32,000 nucleotides of DNA from Nostoc sp. PCC 7120 = FACHB-418 (GTDB lineage Bacteria; Cyanobacteriota; Cyanobacteriia; Cyanobacteriales; Nostocaceae), in assembly GCF_000009705.1 (NCBI RefSeq), contig NC_003272.1, positions 2,430,001 to 2,462,000 on the forward strand, written 5' to 3'. Positions 30,573 to 32,000 of the stretch are shown here, piece after piece (position 1 is the stretch's first letter; each line of letters opens with the position of its first letter). The translations under genes and the position numbers were made by a program. The notes beneath the pieces are model-generated. The model saw only the letters and a program-made list of their open reading frames with translations. It was not told the DNA's origin and made no database searches.

Positions 30573-31160
30573 CTACACGATCGCCCGAATTTCTTCTACA
30601 ATCTGCCCATAGTCAGAGTCAGACAAAACTGGCTGAGAATCTTGTAGTTGTATGGGTGAGGTGATATCAATCCATGATTTGCAGCCGCCATATTCTGCAC
30701 GGTAGGGAATTTCCTGCTCTTGGGGTAGTTTGTAAGTCCGCAGGAGGAGAATAAATATTGGCTGTTGTGGTTTCCATTTTAGGCGATCGCTAATAAAATT
30801 CTCGTTCCAAATATGGAAAGGTAATAAAGCGTTGACGCTTACCTCATCACTGATTGGCAGAATATCGGTAATTTGCGCCCAACTTCCTATCCTCACCGTT
30901 TCTGGATGCCAACCAGATGTTACTGGCTGTACAAGACCTGCATATTCAGTCTTGAGTAAGGAAGGCTGTTGATGTTCATAGGTGGGATAGAGCAGAACCT
31001 GTTCATGAGCTACTTGGAAGCGTCCCTTGTTTTCATGAATACCGCCTTTCCGCAGTAACATGATTGTTTTGCCGCCTTCTAAGGCATTTATCGCCACTGC
31101 CCATTCTTTGAGGGTATGCACCGTTGTAGTCAAGTCGCTTCGCTCCAATTCAAAATTCAA
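30573..31160 (-). CDS. DUF1802-family protein
   Basis: LKEWAVAINALEGGKTIMLLRKGGIHE is the characteristic DUF1802 N-terminal motif. The track start is a TTG lying inside the AATTCAA heptamer array. An alternative GTG start at 31121 is possible. Confidence 0.65.
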   Translation of the reverse strand: MNFELERSDLTTTVHTLKEWAVAINALEGGKTIMLLRKGGIHENKGRFQVAHEQVLLYPTYEHQQPSLLKTEYAGLVQPVTSGWHPETVRIGSWAQITDILPISDEVSVNALLPFHIWNENFISDRLKWKPQQPIFILLLRTYKLPQEQEIPYRAEYGGCKSWIDITSPIQLQDSQPVLSDSDYGQIVEEIRAIV

Positions 31161-31257
31161 AATTCAAAATTCAAAATTAAAGACAATGTTGGAGAAGCCT
31201 TCGCGGTAGCGTTGCGTAGCAAAGGGTATTTTGCATTTTGAATTCTATTAGCATCGG
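31148..31257. repeat. Second copy of the AATTCAA-heptamer / GC-core dispersed repeat, with inverted termini
   Basis: AATTCAAAATTCAAAATTCAAAATTCAAAATT...GAAGCCTTCGCGGTAGCGTTGCGTAGCAAAGGGTATTTTGCATTTTGAATTC. The right end is the inverse of the left heptamers. It is related to 23911-24025. Confidence 0.65.
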
Positions 31258-31340
31258 CATTTACTGTAACTCTGATTTAATTTGAAGCAAAGACCGTTAA
31301 AGTATGAAACTATCCAGGGAAGTGAATTTAGAGAACTTTT

Positions 31341-32000
31341 ATGGAAAAGCGAACATTAGGCACATCTGATGTCAAAATCTCACCCATTCTCATGGGAACT
31401 TGGCAAGCCGGGAAGAAAATGTGGGTGGGAATTGAAGATGCTGACTCGATTAAAACCATTCGGGCGGCTTTTGAGGCAGGAATTACCACCATTGACACAG
31501 CCGAAGTTTATGGCGAAGGACATTCTGAACAGATTGTGGCTGAGGCTTTGTCTGATGTGCGTGGCCAAGTGGAATATGCAACAAAAGTTTTCGCCAACCA
31601 TCTCAAGTATGATCAAGTGATTGAAGCTTGCGATCGCTCCCTGAAAAATCTCCAGACTGATTACATAGACTTGTATCAAATTCATTGGCCTGCTGGTGCT
31701 TTCAATAGTGCGATAGTACCAATTGAGGAAACCATGAACGCCCTGAACTACCTGAAAGAGCAGGGAAAAATTCGCGCCATTGGTGTTTCTAACTTTTCCC
31801 GCACCCAATTAGCAGAAGCCTCACAATATGGCAGAATTGACAGCTTACAGCCTCCCTATTCTCTATTTTGGCGACAAGTAGAAAAGGATGCAGCACCCTA
31901 CTGTGTGGAAAATCATATTTCTATCTTGGCCTATTCGCCCTTAGCTCAGGGATTGTTGACAGGGAAATTTACTCGCGGACAGGAATTTGATCCAGCCGAT
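31341..32000 (+). CDS. Aldo/keto reductase family oxidoreductase; C-terminus runs off the window edge
   Basis: My translation from the ATG at 31341 is open to nt 32000 (220 codons): MEKRTLGTSDVKISPILMGTWQAG...GITTIDTAEVYGEGHSEQIV...YIDLYQIHWP...IRAIGVSNF...LAYSPLAQGLLTGKF. These are canonical AKR motifs with catalytic D/Y/K/H positions. It is missing from the ORF track for lack of a stop. Confidence 0.85.
   Translation, partial: MEKRTLGTSDVKISPILMGTWQAGKKMWVGIEDADSIKTIRAAFEAGITTIDTAEVYGEGHSEQIVAEALSDVRGQVEYATKVFANHLKYDQVIEACDRSLKNLQTDYIDLYQIHWPAGAFNSAIVPIEETMNALNYLKEQGKIRAIGVSNFSRTQLAEASQYGRIDSLQPPYSLFWRQVEKDAAPYCVENHISILAYSPLAQGLLTGKFTRGQEFDPAD

Noticed and set aside
31369-31808. ORFs 31369-31620 (+) and 31380-31808 (-)
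   Set aside because: The real gene is the aldo/keto reductase in the frame starting at 31341, which carries canonical AKR motifs. These two ORFs are out-of-frame or antisense artefacts.

Overview
This is a chromosomal segment from a cyanobacterium, most likely a filamentous Nostoc/Anabaena-type organism. The evidence is many HIP1 palindromes (GCGATCGC), heptameric STRR-like repeats, and a cyanobacterial-type hfq placed divergently from dapF. I support about 24 protein-coding genes, including two that are cut by the window edges and are absent from the ORF track: a tandem cNMP-binding protein at 1-936 (-) and an aldo/keto reductase at 31341-32000 (+). Most of the window is ordinary housekeeping or accessory metabolism: GT4 glycosyltransferase, NHL propeller protein, APH-type kinase with a DOMON-like protein, type II thioesterase, KefB-type antiporter, Hfq, DapF, CheY-like receiver, DUF1400 hydrolase, gamma-glutamyltranspeptidase, and DUF1802. 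The stand-out is a co-directional four-gene cluster at 12437-20458 (+). It encodes an XRE HTH regulator. Next is a signal-peptide/vWA(MIDAS)/beta-rich/TM/FHA-like transmembrane protein. Third is a 910-aa tubulin/FtsZ-superfamily protein with intact G-loops (GLGGTG, AGGTGSGT). Last is a 1015-aa full-length paralog of that protein whose GTP-binding loops are degenerate and which carries a coiled coil interrupted by a two-helix membrane hairpin. I interpret this as an uncharacterised membrane-anchored tubulin-like cytoskeletal, remodelling or signalling system. A second cluster worth attention is the minus-strand operon at 1-4361: an output-less Cache-HAMP sensor, a MinD/ParA-like ATPase with an Arg in the signature-Lys position, an HExxH protein of unknown family, and a tandem cNMP-binding protein. 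It is preceded by a long palindrome and a PAS-AraC regulator. Several dispersed small repeat families (a 64-nt hairpin MITE-like element in two copies, AATTCAA heptamer arrays, a CCCCTACA octamer array) and strong intergenic hairpins are also present. I saw no rRNA, tRNA, CRISPR, transposase or integrase.
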